Source: Callorhinchus milii (taxonomy: Eukaryota). From it: a DNA stretch of 64,000 bases. Each line of letters opens with the position of its first letter. The first letter of the stretch is position 1. Where the stretch lies: contig NW_024704743.1 of assembly GCF_018977255.1 (NCBI RefSeq), positions 40,550,001 to 40,614,000 on the forward strand, written 5' to 3'. The notes under the pieces were generated by a model. That model was given only the letters and a program-made list of their open reading frames with translations. It did no database searches and was not told the origin of the DNA. Shown here one piece after another: positions 25,122-39,574 of this stretch. A program made the position numbers and the translations under genes.

Positions 25122-28100
25122 AGTTACCATACAACAGCTGATAGTTTAGTATGCAAGAAGATTTTACTCATGAAAAGCCCATCACATCACATTTGTGTGA
25201 AAATAAATCAATAACAATGCACCTTGATTGACATTGCAACCCCAAGAGAAAAACATACGTTAGGCAAATTACCCAATTAATTCAGCTATTAGCTGAAGTT
25301 GAACATGTATCATTTTGTTTTCATCTTCACAATATTTTAACCAACAATGCCTATTTTATTTCACTGGTTCTAATATAAAAAATTTTGAAACAGATTTCTC
25401 AAGAAATATGCAATCATTGAAATACTTAAACATAGATCAGAAAATGTGCTGAAAAATGGACAATTTATGTTCAAGTAATTCGATAATTATACATTTTGTG
25501 TTAAGAAATCTGTTGATAAATATTTGGGAGAATGTATACATAAATGCTTAATGAAAGAGGAAAAGCAATCCAAGAACAATATTTTCAGCTGGACCAACAG
25601 TTATGGCAAGGCTACAGAACAAGAGTAAGGTTCTTTACACAGAGGGTAAATAATAATAATAATTCTAACATTTGATATTGTGCCTTTCCTGTCAGGAGGA
25701 CGCTTCAAACTGCCTTACATGATTTATTATAAAGTCTAGTTACTGAATTTTGAAGGCAAAAGCTGCAGCAAATTTGCACACAGCAGCGTTCCACAAACAG
25801 CCATGGAATGAGTGATCAATTTATCTGGGGATTTGTTGGTCAGGACACCGGGAGAAATTCCCTTGACCTTTTTTATAGTTCCATAGCATCGTTAACAGGT
25901 TATATTAACGTCTCTTGTGAAAGGACGACTGACAGTGCAGCTTTTCCCCCAGTGCTGAATTGGAGAGTCAGTCTAGGCTATGATCTCAAAGTCTGGATGC
26001 TGGGCTTGAACTCATAACCTTCTGATTGGGATTGATGGGTTTGAAGAGATTTTCTTCCAAAACTCTATTGTCATATGCAACCATGAGATTATGTGATCAG
26101 AAGAACAGGTCTCTATGCCAAAACAATAACAGAAAATCAAACATGATTTTTTATCAAATACTCAGCTCTTTCAATGCCCTGAAAATGAATCGGTTGCTAA
26201 TATTTGGGTTCAGACCACCTGACCATATTGATAAAATATTTTGTCAAAGGTTGTTTTCTCTGGAATATGATGAGGAACTTTAAAATATGTCCTCCAACTC
26301 CATTTATTGTCTCAACTTTCAGGTTCAAGTAAAATGTGCCGCATATATTTTGCGATGCATTTAAGGTCACCCCAACTTTGTTTGGTGAAGCTCTCCTCAA
26401 TTGTTCTGCATGTTTGTACAGTGGATGATGGAGACATATTGAGTGAAAGTGGCCCTGATTCAATTCCTATCTTTGCTGAGTTAGCTGATTTCATTCAAAG
26501 CAGTGAAAGGGGTAATAACATTTGTCTCATTTTCTTCTGCCTCCCCCTTATCTATCTTTGAATCCCACCTTAAAATTAAGCTCTTTCACCTTTTCCTCCC
26601 CTTTCTGTCTTGCTCAACATCCAATCCCACCACAGTACTGCAGACATTATCCTATGTGAAGGGGGCTAAATAAGTACAAGTTGCTGTTGTTATTGAGTGA
26701 GAAATGAGAAAAATAGCCCAATTCCTGATTCTGGATTATTTGGGGAGCAACAAGGACAGAACACATTTTTCTCAATAAGGGTTATTGTGATGTCAAAGGG
26801 GAGTGATAAGAGGAACCTTTTTGACCATGTAAGGAAGCCATCCTTCATCCTGAGGTGTGGCAGGCCTTTTATGTGACCTCCTAGATCAACTTTATACTCT
26901 GAGACTGAGAGGACTATCTTAAATTATAACATTGATTGACATGAGGACAAATAGCTTTGATTTTTTTTACATGTAAGTAAACCCTGTTGCAGATTGGTTA
27001 CACATTGAGGTACTGAACTATTTGATTCAGCACTATAAGTATGGAATTTGTAATATAACTTAGCAATGATAGTAATCTTGTTTTGAGCACCAATTAAGTC
27101 TTATAGTAAACTATACTAGTTTCAAATTTCCACACAACTACTGGCTCAATTTATGTGAATACCTTGAATTGGCAACTTCTTCATTTTCATCGTTGAGGGA
27201 CAAAGACGTAATGTCTTTATGAATAGGGCCCTTCGTACCAACTTTTTGAACATATGCTTTGGCTCGGTTGATTGCTCTATTACCACTGAATCATAATTTT
27301 GTGATTTCAAGCCTCTCCATCATGACTTGAAATTCATAAACTGGGCCACAGTGTGGTATATGGTGGGATGCCACAATTTCCAGTGTCTTCTGTCAGGTGA
27401 AACATTTATCTGATACACCATCTGTCTGGTTAGGTGGATGTTAAAGATCCAGTGACTTTTTTTTGAAGACAATTAAGGAGATGACCCAGCCAATATTCCT
27501 CCTCATACAAGATCGCCAAAATAAAGGTAATAAAGGTACTTGTACATGGGATGTCGCTGATTCAGATTTGCAGTTGTGCTTGCCTATAAAACGTTACTAT
27601 ATATTTTCAAAGTAATATTTTGAATAATTTTGAGGTATTTTGACATGATAAAATATGAAATGAAAAGTAAGCATTATTAATGTTACTCTTAGAATACTGT
27701 TAATACAATTGTACACTACTGAATATACTTGTACCCAATTGGTTTGTGTGTAGCGTTTTTAGCAGTGACTCAATTTGGTTGCATTATGATATTAAAATAA
27801 TGAAATATAGCACAACTTACCAATTCAAAATGCTACTAACTTTGAAGGTGTTTGCTGATTTGGGCTAACCTATTCATGAAGATATTTTGTTTCCAGTGTT
27901 ACTTGCTGATTCTATTTGGCCTGGATCAATAAGTTACACTTTTGATGCCAAGTCTCAAAGTTATGGATAAAAGCCCTATGTCAGGATTTTAGTTCATTGA
28001 TCAGACTGACAACCAATCCTCGAGGAGTGCTTCATTGTCTTTTGGAAGTGATATTAAACTTCCATTCTGTATGACTCAGCTGCTCACAAAATAAATGTCA

Positions 28101-30506
28101 TGTACCTTTGGGAGAGCTATAATTGCAGCTAATGAAACATTGGTAAATAATCTTAAATACATATGTGTTATTATTAAATTATACCTTGGTGCAATGGGAT
28201 GGGATTTGCTCTTTATATGGAACATGTTACTGGTTTGCAATGAATATGAGTGATCTATGCTGCCATTAGCGGGTAGGTAAAGTTAGATCACTTGGAATGC
28301 AGGATAAGATGTGATATATTTAATTATTCTCTTGTAAGTCCTTAGTTCATTAATGTTAAGGTTGTAAAAAGCAATTGCCAGTGGGAGCCTGCTTACTTTT
28401 TGTGGATTTTCATAGCACAATAGCACCTTATCATGTAAAAACAAAGTATTTTACAGGATTATTCTCAAGTGTAGTGATGTATATTTATGACCAACCATGT
28501 CAGCCATTTTGCACACAGCAAAATCCCACAAGCAGCTAAGAGGTGAGTGACAAGTTTATCTGGAGAATTGTTGGCCATAACATTGGAAGAAACACCCTTC
28601 TCTTTTAAAGTAGTATACTGGAATTCTTAATGTCCATCTAAACAGGCACATGTGATAATAGAGTTATTCCCTTCTGAAATGCACTGGAGTGTCAACCTAG
28701 TTGTATGAGTTTAAGTCTTAATGTGGAACTTAATCCCACACCCATTTGAAAGGTAAGGCTAGTACCAACTGAGCCAGAGTTGAAACTTGTAACAAATTGT
28801 CCAATAATATAACAGCATTGCAAGGGGATTTACTTATTCTATTGTGATCAGTAAAACATAAAATAAATAATTGTTCCTTTTCATATAGTGCCTTTCATGT
28901 CAGGAGGATTCACAGGAATGAGCAAAGATTAGATAAGATGGAGCTCTTCTATCTTCAGAGAAGACAACTTGTAGGGGATCTAACGGAGGTGTACAGAAAT
29001 GTAAATGGGATTGAAAAAGTAAACCCACATCAATACTTTAGGATGTATCAAGTTAGTAGAACAAGAGGATATAGGTTTACAGTTGTAAAGAGCAATTTCA
29101 GGACATATATTCTGTTCTTTACACAGAAGGAAATCACCGATTGGAAGAGGATGCCAGGAAAGTGAGTAGAGGCAAAAATAAGATGATTGAGCATGGTAAG
29201 TGGGTGTTCTGGGGAAACGAGATCAAATGGGCTGAAAAGCCTTCTTTATTCAGACCAATTTGTGATTTTGTGATATACTGCAAAATGGAGAGACTGTGCA
29301 TTCTGTGCCAGAATGCTGAGGGCAATTTGTGCACAACAGTAATAATAACAAACAGCCATTACGTGAATGATTGGTATTATTTGGGGAATTATTGGCCTAG
29401 ACAACAGGAAAAACTCACTTCTCTTTTCGAATAGCCCCTCCAGTTAGATTTTATTGTTTGCAGGTCTATAACATCATTTAAAATACCATGAAAATAACAT
29501 GCACGTGTTCTTCTGATTGATTCATTATAGGTAAAGAGTGTGCTAGCAGATATTGCTGAGAGGATGAGATCAATGTGTGCCATTTATATTAACACTATAT
29601 TAATTGTGCGGGAACATTTATTTCTGTCTTGAACAATTAATGGCATCTGTTTTTTGCTTTGTGAAATTAATTTGTGTACACTGTTCAAATATTGGACTTT
29701 GGCAAAATTAAAAGGAAATCAGTGACAATAACAGCAACAGTCAGAAATAAAGTTGTTTGGTTGGAGATCTTGGCCCCATAGACTAACTCGCTCACCTGTT
29801 TAAAATAAATGTAAAGGGAAATGCAACTTCCAAATAGACAACCAATGAATGAATGAATGAATGAATGATCCTTGCTTTTGATACAATCAATGCCTTTCAT
29901 GTTGGAAGTATGTTTCAAGTGCTTCACAGAATTTTAATGTAAAGTAAATTTTGTAGGCAACCCGGATAGAACCTGATTTTAAATCTTCTTTTATTTCTTT
30001 AGCCAAAATGATTCTCTACTCCCCCCACCTCAAGACCATTGGTTTATCGTTCTCATAAACGTCTATTGAACATTAATTTTTCACCCTTATTGGTGTCTAA
30101 CTGCAAACCTTCATTCTTCGTCTCGGCTTCTCATTTACAAATATATTTATTTACTGTAAAGGAAATAGTCCCAAAATATAAAATTATTGACATAACTGCA
30201 ACAACAACTTCCATTTATATAGTACCTTGCCCTTCATGTGGGGTAACATCTCGGAACACTTTCAAAACAACATTCTCTAAACTTCAAAGTAACTATTAGG
30301 CATTTTGACATGTTTCCAAGTAAGTAAAGTGCTTTGTCAAATGCAAGTACTACTTTGAGTTATATTTTCAATTTGCTTCCCTACATACTTATAGTAAAGG
30401 TATCAACACAATACCAAACCAGTCCTATCCTTTATGCCTTTACTTGCTAGACATCCATCTCTCCACTTGCTTTTCCATGAGGAGAAACAACCAACCTTTC
30501 AGGTTA

Positions 30507-30775
30507 TCTGAGTTCAATTCCAGGCAGGGCGAAACCTTGGGCAAGTTTCTTTACTCCACACACCTAATAATAATCCCTCCAAAACCAAAAAACAATAATA
30601 AATTGGTCATTTTCAATCTACGACTGTTTGTGGGATATTGCTGTGCGCAATTGGCTGCCGCGTTCGCCCACAAAATAAAGAGTCAATTCACTTTACAGTG
30701 TGTTCTGTGAAGCACTTTGGGACGTCCTCCCGACGTAAAAAGCGCTATATCAAATGCAAGGATTATTATTATTAT
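30507..30775 (+). mobile_element. Young SINE, 5' truncated near the B box
   Basis: Matches the consensus from ctgagttcaattcc to (ATT)n. Confidence 0.87.
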
Positions 30776-32829
30776 CATTTACTCTGTGCTAGCTCCCCCA
30801 CAAAAATGCTTTTGTATTTTGATATCATTGCTGTACCTCAATGTTCTGAATATAAATATGATGTTTTATATAGTAATAAGGTGCTACTGTGTGTTTGCAA
30901 CTTTGTGGGAATGACCTTAGTTGGTATAGTATAAGTTAGGCTGGTGATAAAATCAGAAAAGTGCATACTACAATATTAGTGGATGACTTATATATAGAAT
31001 TTGGATAATCAAGCTCCAATAAAACATAGCAGTTATAGGTCGATATTCTGCATTTCCTCTGAGGCTCTGTTATAGGAATTCACAGAAAACCAGAAAGCAA
31101 CTGCTGTGGATCACGCCCTAATTCAGAATAAACTAGATCAAACCACACGTCTCATGCTACCAGATACTGAACAACCTTGACATATCACTGGTGTCTTATT
31201 CCCAGAGCTTACTAAAAGCAGTAATGTCTTTCTTACTACAATGAAAACAACTCCTCCCCATGTGAAACATCTGCAGAGCCTTGCTTCCCTTGTGATGATG
31301 GAAACCAATGAAGGAAAACACTGCTGCAGTCCATTTAAGTGAAGTGTGACATCTCAGATGGCATTCACAATATTTTAATTTGTGGCTCCCAAAAAACAAA
31401 GCCAAAGGATAACTTGGTATATAATGGAAACTGTCCAATTTCCAAGGGTCAAGATGAAAAGTTTTGCCTGACAGCTTCATTTAATAAAATAACTACATTT
31501 AAATGGTATGGGTGGGACCTATCAACAAGCTTATGTGATGCAGATACAGAATCCACCCAATAGAAATGAGAGGGTCAAACATCTGACATTGCATAAACAA
31601 TTTGATGTATTAATTATCATATTGAATCTGTTAAGAAATATTGCATTTTGTCATCAGATATTCTTTTAACATTCTGAAATACAGTAGAAGTCCGTTAAAA
31701 AGTAGTAGTTGTTGTCAATAAAATTCCCACCCATCTTACAGCGAAGACAGATCAAGAACGACTGCTGGTCAATGCTTCTGCATCACGGTGTCACCAATCA
31801 CATGATCGGTGGTTTTATTGAGTGTGTGCCAGCTCCATCAGTACACATTGCACTTCAAAACACATTTGTACAGTGGCATGCTTTAAGAACATAGAACGTA
31901 CAACCATAAGTATTGCTAGACTGAAGAAGACCAATGTCCATCCAGGTCACCTTCCACCATCCTGGCAGTTGCATGCACAAAGTGCAACAGCTAAATTCCA
32001 AGAGCGATTTCAGGTGTGACGACAAATCTGGATGGCACAATGTTGTGACTTTGGAATTTTGGTAATAAAATATGGGGGACCACAACCCAATCACATGATA
32101 AATGGAGCCACATTATAACAAAACACCATAAAGGGGGCTTCATGGTGCTTAGAATGAATGAGAAGGACATTTGAAACATTTCACTTGCACCATTCTGTGC
32201 ATAAACAGAGCTGTGCTCCCTGTTTCATTTCCAAGTTTCACAATGACACCCTCCAAAAAGTAGATGGTGTTCTTCTACCTTTGAAAGCTGAAGGAACATG
32301 GGAACATTCAGGTCTTTCCTCATCTCTATTCCTCATTCTTATTACTTAACTGCTGTAGCGGTTAGTAATCAGAAATTTTACATTCATCCAGATGATAATT
32401 TCTTCCTGACTGCTTGATAACACACTGGATTATAAATGGTGACCTTGGACTAGTCAGAAATCAGGAGAAGAAACATTTATGACACAAAAAACGCCAGACC
32501 ATTATTCCTTAATACTTCATGTAATGAGCTGTAAAAGAATATTTCTCAGTCAAATGGCTCTTAAGTTGTTAAATTGAGGAAGTGATTCTGTCACTTAAAG
32601 TGTTCCGATCTGATTAAATGAGATGTCTGTCCTAAAGGAATATGCTTTATAATGCTGCTGAAGTACTCTGAATGTTTTCCCTGTCAGGGCCTCATATTTT
32701 ATCTGATTTCACTATATAAATTGTTAGTTTCAGTTTTTTTTAAATTTAAGGAGAAATAAAACACATGCAAATAGTTTGATTTAGGTGAGGAAAAGCATCT
32801 TTTCAACATATTTTCTTAACCAATACAAG

Positions 32830-33230
32830 ATGAGATCTACCTCCAAGAGGGCATTCCATATTCTAACTATTCTGTACGTGAAAAAAAATCTCCTAACCTG
32901 CCCATTTACTTGTTTACTAATTAGCTTAAATTGATGCTCACTAGTCATTGACTCACCAACCAGTGAAAATAATTTCTCCCTCTCTATCAAAAGTCTTCAG
33001 AATTTTAAAGACCTCTGTCAGGTCACCTCTCAACCTTATTTGTACTAGCAGAAAAATGTTCAGTTCCTCCATTGTATGCCCATAGGCCAACACTCATCCC
33101 TGTTATCATCCTAGTAAATCTCCTCTGCAAACCCTCTATCACCTTGATGCCTTTCGTAAAATGGGGTGACCAGGACTGGACACAATTTTCTAACTGGTCT
33201 AACTAACGATTTATATACATTTAGCATTAT
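32830..33230 (-). mobile_element. Decayed CR1 fragment (other decayed pieces at ~4850-5240, 7070-7245, 13025-13340, 28930-29280, 33710-34150, 38600-39120, 41550-41820, 51350-51620, 60965-61240, 61715-62115)
   Basis: REKLFSLVGESMT..FFTYRIVRIWNAL, similar to the CR1 ORF2 C-terminus seen at 39879-40325. Confidence 0.7.
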
Positions 33231-34994
33231 CTCTTTTATATTCTCTACATCTATTTTATAAAACCTAAGATTTCATTAGTTTTTTCTATTTGGTTTCTGC
33301 AGAAGCACTGGGCATAATTTGTAACTGCTACCTAACACGTGAAGGAGACATTTCAAATGTGTGTCAAGCAGAGTAAGTGGGGACTCCTTTGGACTGAAAT
33401 GGCCAAGTATACATGTGGGTAGAACTCTCAGTAAGCAGGGTGAAACGTTAGGCAAGTGTCTTTACTCCACACACCTCTGTTTGCTTAGCATTAAATAAGA
33501 ACCCATTTGTTAATCGATTGATGGGTCGCTTTTCCGGGGGTAATAATTCCTTCAAAAAGAATAGGATTGTTATTATTTTTACTTTTTTAAAGTTGAAAGC
33601 TTCATTGTGGTTGTGTATTCTTTATCATTGGGATGGGTTTCTGCTTATGTCATTAAGCCCAGTGATTGTGTAGAAACAAAATATAATAGAGTTAGAGCAA
33701 TTGGAAAGAACAACTATGAAAAAGAAGTGGTGCTAAAGAAATTGATGGAACTCAAAGAGAACAAGTCACTGCAGTCTGGTGACATGCATCCGAAAATGTT
33801 GAGGGAATACAGGGAATATATGATAGATGCTCTGAATACAATTTTTCAAACATTGAGTAATTATAGACAACTATGCCCAAAATCCACAGTGAGCAAATTT
33901 TGGAGGCTATCATACAGGATAATATTAATAACCACTTGGAAAGACATAGGTTAAAGCCAGCTAGCTGACTAAAAAAAAGTGGAAGGGCATAATTTAAAAG
34001 TTAGGAGCAAAAAGAGTATTCAGGCAGAACTATTTTCACATAATTGCATATTGAATATGTTACCATGGAAGACCAGTGAAGCAAATAGTGCTAATGAATT
34101 CAAGTGACGGCTAGATAAATGTCTGCAGAGACTGTAGAGAGATAACATGGGAAGACAGAATTGTGAGGATAAGAAAACCAAAAATGATAAGCTTTTTGAG
34201 GCATATGTTGGCTTTTTTNCTGTTCCTGAAATTACTTGAGTTCTTATTGCAGCAAATTGAAGTAAAGCAAATTCATTGTACAAAATCAACAATGTGTGAA
34301 AAACTTTATAAGATCAGAAAGAACTGTGAAATAGTTTACTGTATGGTTTCAATAGCTATTTTTGATATACCAGAGGTTGTAACATTTGATCTTAAAAGCA
34401 TAATTGAGATCAGATGGGCTGAAGAGCCTTCTTCACCCAGACCAATCTTGTGACCTTGTAAGCCTTGTTCGTCTGCATTTAAACATCTGAAGTGACTTTA
34501 CCCACTCGTCTATCAGAGAAGATCAGGATAGCTGTGCTTATAGCAAAACATTTTTTGGCAGATATTGTTTTCAGAGAAAAAAAGAAATGGCACTTTTCCT
34601 TGTGTGTGGAATAGGTTTGCTCTTTCAGGTGAAACGTTGCAATTGATTGAAGGTGAGCAAACTTAAAAATACTGCATGCATGTATAGCTTAAGTATTCAG
34701 GAAATCCAGAGGTAATAATGAAAGGGTTGACTGCCTAATTAATAGGTTTTTGGACCTGTCCTGAAGCGTGCCATAACTGGATGATGATCCTTTGTTCCAC
34801 AAATTAGGTTATAGCGTCACAATCATTTGCTTGCTGAGCTTTCCAATGATGTCTCCTTACGCCTGCATGAATAGACTCTGAGTGATCACATATAGAGCTC
34901 CTGGCATACACAAATTAAGTATGTGTGCTCTGTAGGCCAGTCCAGTCAGAAAGGATTGTATATTCCCTTTGGCTAGGTCATATGGATGTCAGAT

Positions 34995-35300
34995 TCGCTC
35001 AGTTGGTAGCACTTTTGTCTCTAGGTCAGAAGGTTGCGGATTCAAGCCCCTCATCTGGACATGAGAGCTCATAATCCAGACCGACACTCCGGTGTACTAG
35101 AGAAGTGCTGCATTGTCAGAGATGCCATCCTTTACACAAACTATCGAGGTCCGTCTGCTTTCTGAAGTAGAAGTGAAAAATTCCATGACACCGTTCAAAA
35201 AGAAAAAGGAGTTTCTCCTGGTATCCTGGCCAACAACACCTCCACCCCACCCCCCCAATAAAATGGGTCATTCACTTCATGGTTGTGGGAAGTTGTTAAC
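34995..35300 (+). mobile_element. Ancient tRNA-headed Deu-domain SINE, SacSINE1-like (further decayed copies at ~27260-27660 plus, ~37480-37605 plus, ~25670-26020 minus, ~28420-28780 minus, ~52900-53270 minus)
   Basis: gctcagttggtagcact..gtcagaaggttg..ttcaagccc head followed by gtgctgcattgtcagagatgcc and tcctggccaa, resembling my recollection of the shark DeuSINE consensus. Confidence 0.6.
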
Positions 35301-36092
35301 CCCTTGTATTAAACACTCTCAAAATCAGTGGATCTTGTTTGAGGATTTATAACCCCTCTTCCCACCTCCCCACCATTGAACAGTAACAGTAAGGCGTTAA
35401 TGGTCAAAAATAGTCTTGTTTGTAATTGGTGCACATGTCCTCTTTGTTGGAACCATCCTATTCATTTTTCTACTTTTAACTGTCTTCCTGTTTTAATGAG
35501 CATTGAACCCTGACTGGCAGTCTGACTGTAACACTAAGTTTGGTACTTTGTGTCATCATGCTCTTTCATGACTTCATGAAAGGCTGTATCCTGAAAATAA
35601 TTAAAATGTAGTGAACTATAAAAAAAGAGAATGAACTTATGCTGATAGGACCAAACCATACCCTGTATGTGGAAACCAGTAACAACTAGTGAACGTGCTT
35701 AAAAAGAGATGTCAGGAGAGTACATTCAGTTCACTTCAGCTTGATTAAAATGCTTTTTGTTTGTGCTCGATGGATGAACATTTCAACCAGAACATCTCTA
35801 ATAAGAAAGTGAGCACTTACAAAATCAAGTTGTTGAGTACACAAGGTCTTACATTTACAGTCCCAGTTTAATTCTTCAGCACTGCCAGTGAGATATATCT
35901 ATCACTGAACTATTTTCAGTGTCCGATTCATCCTAAAATAATAGGAAAGTTTGACATGTCTTTCAAGCAAAGCAGTGAGGTGAATTCTTAATAACGACTG
36001 GTCTGATTGACTAAAGTTAATAAAAGTGAGGAAAATTCAGGGTTTTCCTCAAGATGTTCCTTATCTTAGTTAACACGAGGCACAACTTAAGG

Positions 36093-36130
36093 CAGGGTGA
36101 TCCAACCTTTTGGCTGCTGAGGGCCAGACG
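36093..36130 (+). mobile_element. Possible hAT/Charlie-like DNA transposon terminus
   Basis: CAGGGTGATCCAACCTTTT..GAGGGCCA resembles Charlie-type ends; the partner end was not found. Confidence 0.35.
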
Positions 36131-39100
36131 CTGGATTTCAGAAACATCCACAGGTCACAAAAGAAATACTTTTGTGTTTCCTTTCCAGAGAGATAATCCA
36201 TAAGAATCATATAGAAATTCTATTGTTATAAATTGTATAACAGTATTACTTAATTTAATTGTCATTTAGTTACACTGCAAACTTTAAATCGGCAATGTAA
36301 AAATTCATACCAATTTTAAAACAATAATACACTGATCATTAAAAGACACATATGCAAGAATAATCATCAAGTCGAGAGCAAAAAGGCTTCTGACATAAAC
36401 AAGCCTATTTTAAAGTAACCGGATCAAATTCCCAATGTTTTCACTGCGTTTTCTCATACAGTCTTCTATCTTGTTGAAGTTCTATTCTTTCACGCTAATG
36501 AATGTTTGATTAGCAAGAAATTGAAATTATCTAGTTGAGCTGGCACCAGCACTAGATTAGATATTACTCAATACTAATACTTGAGGGAACAGATGTGTTT
36601 CTTGAACAAATCTGTTCACTGGAGAATTGAGGGCATCTTAACAGGAAAGGTGAGTATTTTAATTGAACTACAACAGTGAAGGCAGTATGATCAAAGCCCA
36701 GGGTAATCATTTAGTAGACTTTCAACTCTGCATTGCCCCTTATCTTGTATTTGTCAACAGTTAAATAAGTATGTGGAAAATATCAATTGCTGTGCATTTT
36801 TTCGCAACAGTATTTTTCAACATTAATTTTAACAGAACTGATATGTGCTTGTAAATAGTATTTTAATTGAATTGAAGGATGGCTGCAAATGTTTCGCCTC
36901 TTTTGAAGACTTGTGATGAATTGTAAAACATGTTCTGCATTTGTATGTGGATGAAATAAATAGATGCCTGAACATGAATCTAGCAGCAGTTGAATGGCAT
37001 GCTGCAAAATTTCTCCTTCCCAAATAGTGTAAAATGACCATAAAGTCATTCTTAAAATCAATGTGATTCACAGTAAAATGTCTTGTTTAAAAATTTTTGT
37101 GAGATATAGTGACTGTGTATCAATATGTAAATGAGGCAGACAATTATATGCAGCAAGGTCCCACAAACAGCTATGAAGACAATGATTAATTAATCACAAG
37201 ATCACAGTATAGCTTCAGATGAAGAAAGCCCTTTGTCCTATTGATCTCAAACTTCAAGAAAATGCACACTGCATTCCTCCTATTTTTTGCCATCAAACTG
37301 CTAAATGGCTGAACCTCCCTTCCTGGTAACCTGTTACAGTTGATATGTGAAGAAATGCTTCCAGTTGTCTCTCCTGAAATTGCTTTTCACAATACTGAAC
37401 TTGGGCTCTCTTCTTCTGCTCCCTCTGACAATATTGTTTGAGTTTACTTTTTCAATCCTAATGAGCATCTTATACAGTGTCAGCTTGGCTCAGCATGGCT
37501 CCAACGTTAGTACTCTTGCCTCTGAGTTAGAAGGTTGTGGCTTCACGCCTCTCTTTGGGACTTTAAACTCATAGTCTAGGCTGACACTTGAATGCAGTGC
37601 TGGAGGAAAAACAATAGCTAAATGAAACACAAACAATTATCTTTGGATACTTTCTCTCCTGAAACATTACTTAAAAACACCGTCATAATTTTTTATACAA
37701 AAAGGAAGACTTTTCATCCGGGTCTATTTTTACTATTTTTTTTAGCATTTCAGAATGTCAAGGATTAATAATTTGGAAAATTATTAAATTCAGTCTTACT
37801 TACAGTTTACTAATCACTAGTCTTACCATGAATTTACCAACCGGTGACTATCCTCCTATGGTCAGGGGGGAAGGGGATTTAAATGGGGTCTCCTTGGGAT
37901 GAGCAGGCACAAAGATGCTTAGCAATTGAATGATAGAATTGAATCAGTTGTATGGTTACACAGCCAGGTGGTTTTGGAATATTTCAGGGTACTCCTGATG
38001 ACAGATCAGTCTAGCCCAGTGATTGAACTTGGAGAGGCCAAGCGGGAAGAATTCCTGGGCAGTGTCAAATGCTGAAAATCAAAGCCCTGACAGGTAGGGT
38101 GGTCCTCACTGGACAAGTAGTGGGAAGTATATCAGACAGTACTATCAATGGCAAGCTATGTAGTTTTAGTTGGCTTACTCTTAGATTGCCACTCTAGTGT
38201 TCCCAAGCCTTGACTCTCACTCACCTTTGCCTAATATTTTTGATTGAATTAGATAATCAGGCTACATCCCTCCATGGAGGGAATGTACATTCCATTCCAG
38301 AGATAAGGAGATTTTTAGGTGATATACGTATGTGGAACTCTCAGCTTGGTTGGGATACTCTGAGCATAGCTATTGGTTTCTGCATGTGTCAGACACCTTG
38401 CTAATAAAACAATTTCTGAACTTTAAAGCTGATTCACTGTAGTTTTTAAAATATATTAACGAAAACAAGCTTCAAAAGTAAGGTTGCACTTGATGATGTG
38501 TCTAATTCTGGACACCCTGAAATGCTAAGAAAATGGAGTAAATCTAGACCTAATTGGAATTTCTACATGAAAGAGTTCAATAAAATGCCATGGCATGGAT
38601 ACCAACCATTTGGCCTAATTATTCCGCGCTAGTGGTTACATTCCACAAAAGTCTCCACTCTTCCTAATCCCTCTTCTATATCCTGTTATTCCATTCTCAG
38701 TCATTTTGCATCAAGTTCTCTCTTAAACACGTTGATGCTATTTGCCTAAACCACAGTTTCTGGCAGTGAGTTCCACATTATCAACCCTCTCTAGGTGAAG
38801 AAATTCCTCCTAAACTCTATATTTTATCTATTATTAGCTATTTCATATTTATGCCCCCCTCTGAGTCGCCAACATGTTAAAATAGTGTATCAAAATACAC
38901 TTTAGTGAATCCTTTCCTAATCATAAACACTTCCATCAGGTTCCCTTTCAGTTGTCTCAACTCCAAATAGAAAAGCTGCAACTTTCCAATCTTTCTTGAC
39001 AGCTGTATCCACTCATCCCTACTAATTTGCACTGTACTTTTTGCATTGCTACAATATAATTCCTATAATATGGCTGACCAAATTCCACATGTGGTCTAAC

Positions 39101-39574
39101 CAAGGTTTTATATAAATTTAAGAGAGATTGGAGCCTTATCCCTTATTCGTTCCATGTGAAAATAAGCAATTTTCTATGGAAAAATGATGGCAATTAAGGA
39201 TTACCCCTATCTCTCAATAGGACAATGTAGAACTGAAATAAATGCAGCCCTAAGAGTTCCTGCAGAATACCAACTGTCTTGTAAATTTATTAATAATCTA
39301 AGAAATTCAAGTGTGTCACTTTGAGGAATACAACATCATTTCAACATCAAAAGCAGAAATGAAATATGATTACAATGTCTTAGTTAATTCCAAGGGTAAT
39401 GTGAAATAACAATTGTACTTGGCATCTGTGAATTTCTTTGATTTTGCTTTATCACATTCATTATTGGATACTTACAGAAAAACATTTTTTGAAGATGTCT
39501 TAAACAAAATGACATGAGATTATTGGAAAAACAAAAACTCCTTCAATTTGTAATAGTGATTAATAAATAATAAA

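Noticed and set aside
26323..26511. Possible plus-strand exon (tttcag|GTTCAAG..GG|gtaata) with an open frame
   Set aside because: The peptide is not recognisable, the donor is weak, and there are no partner exons.
34781..34880. C/D box snoRNA (ATGATGA..CTGA)
   Set aside because: No terminal stem or recognisable guide sequence; such motifs are common by chance.
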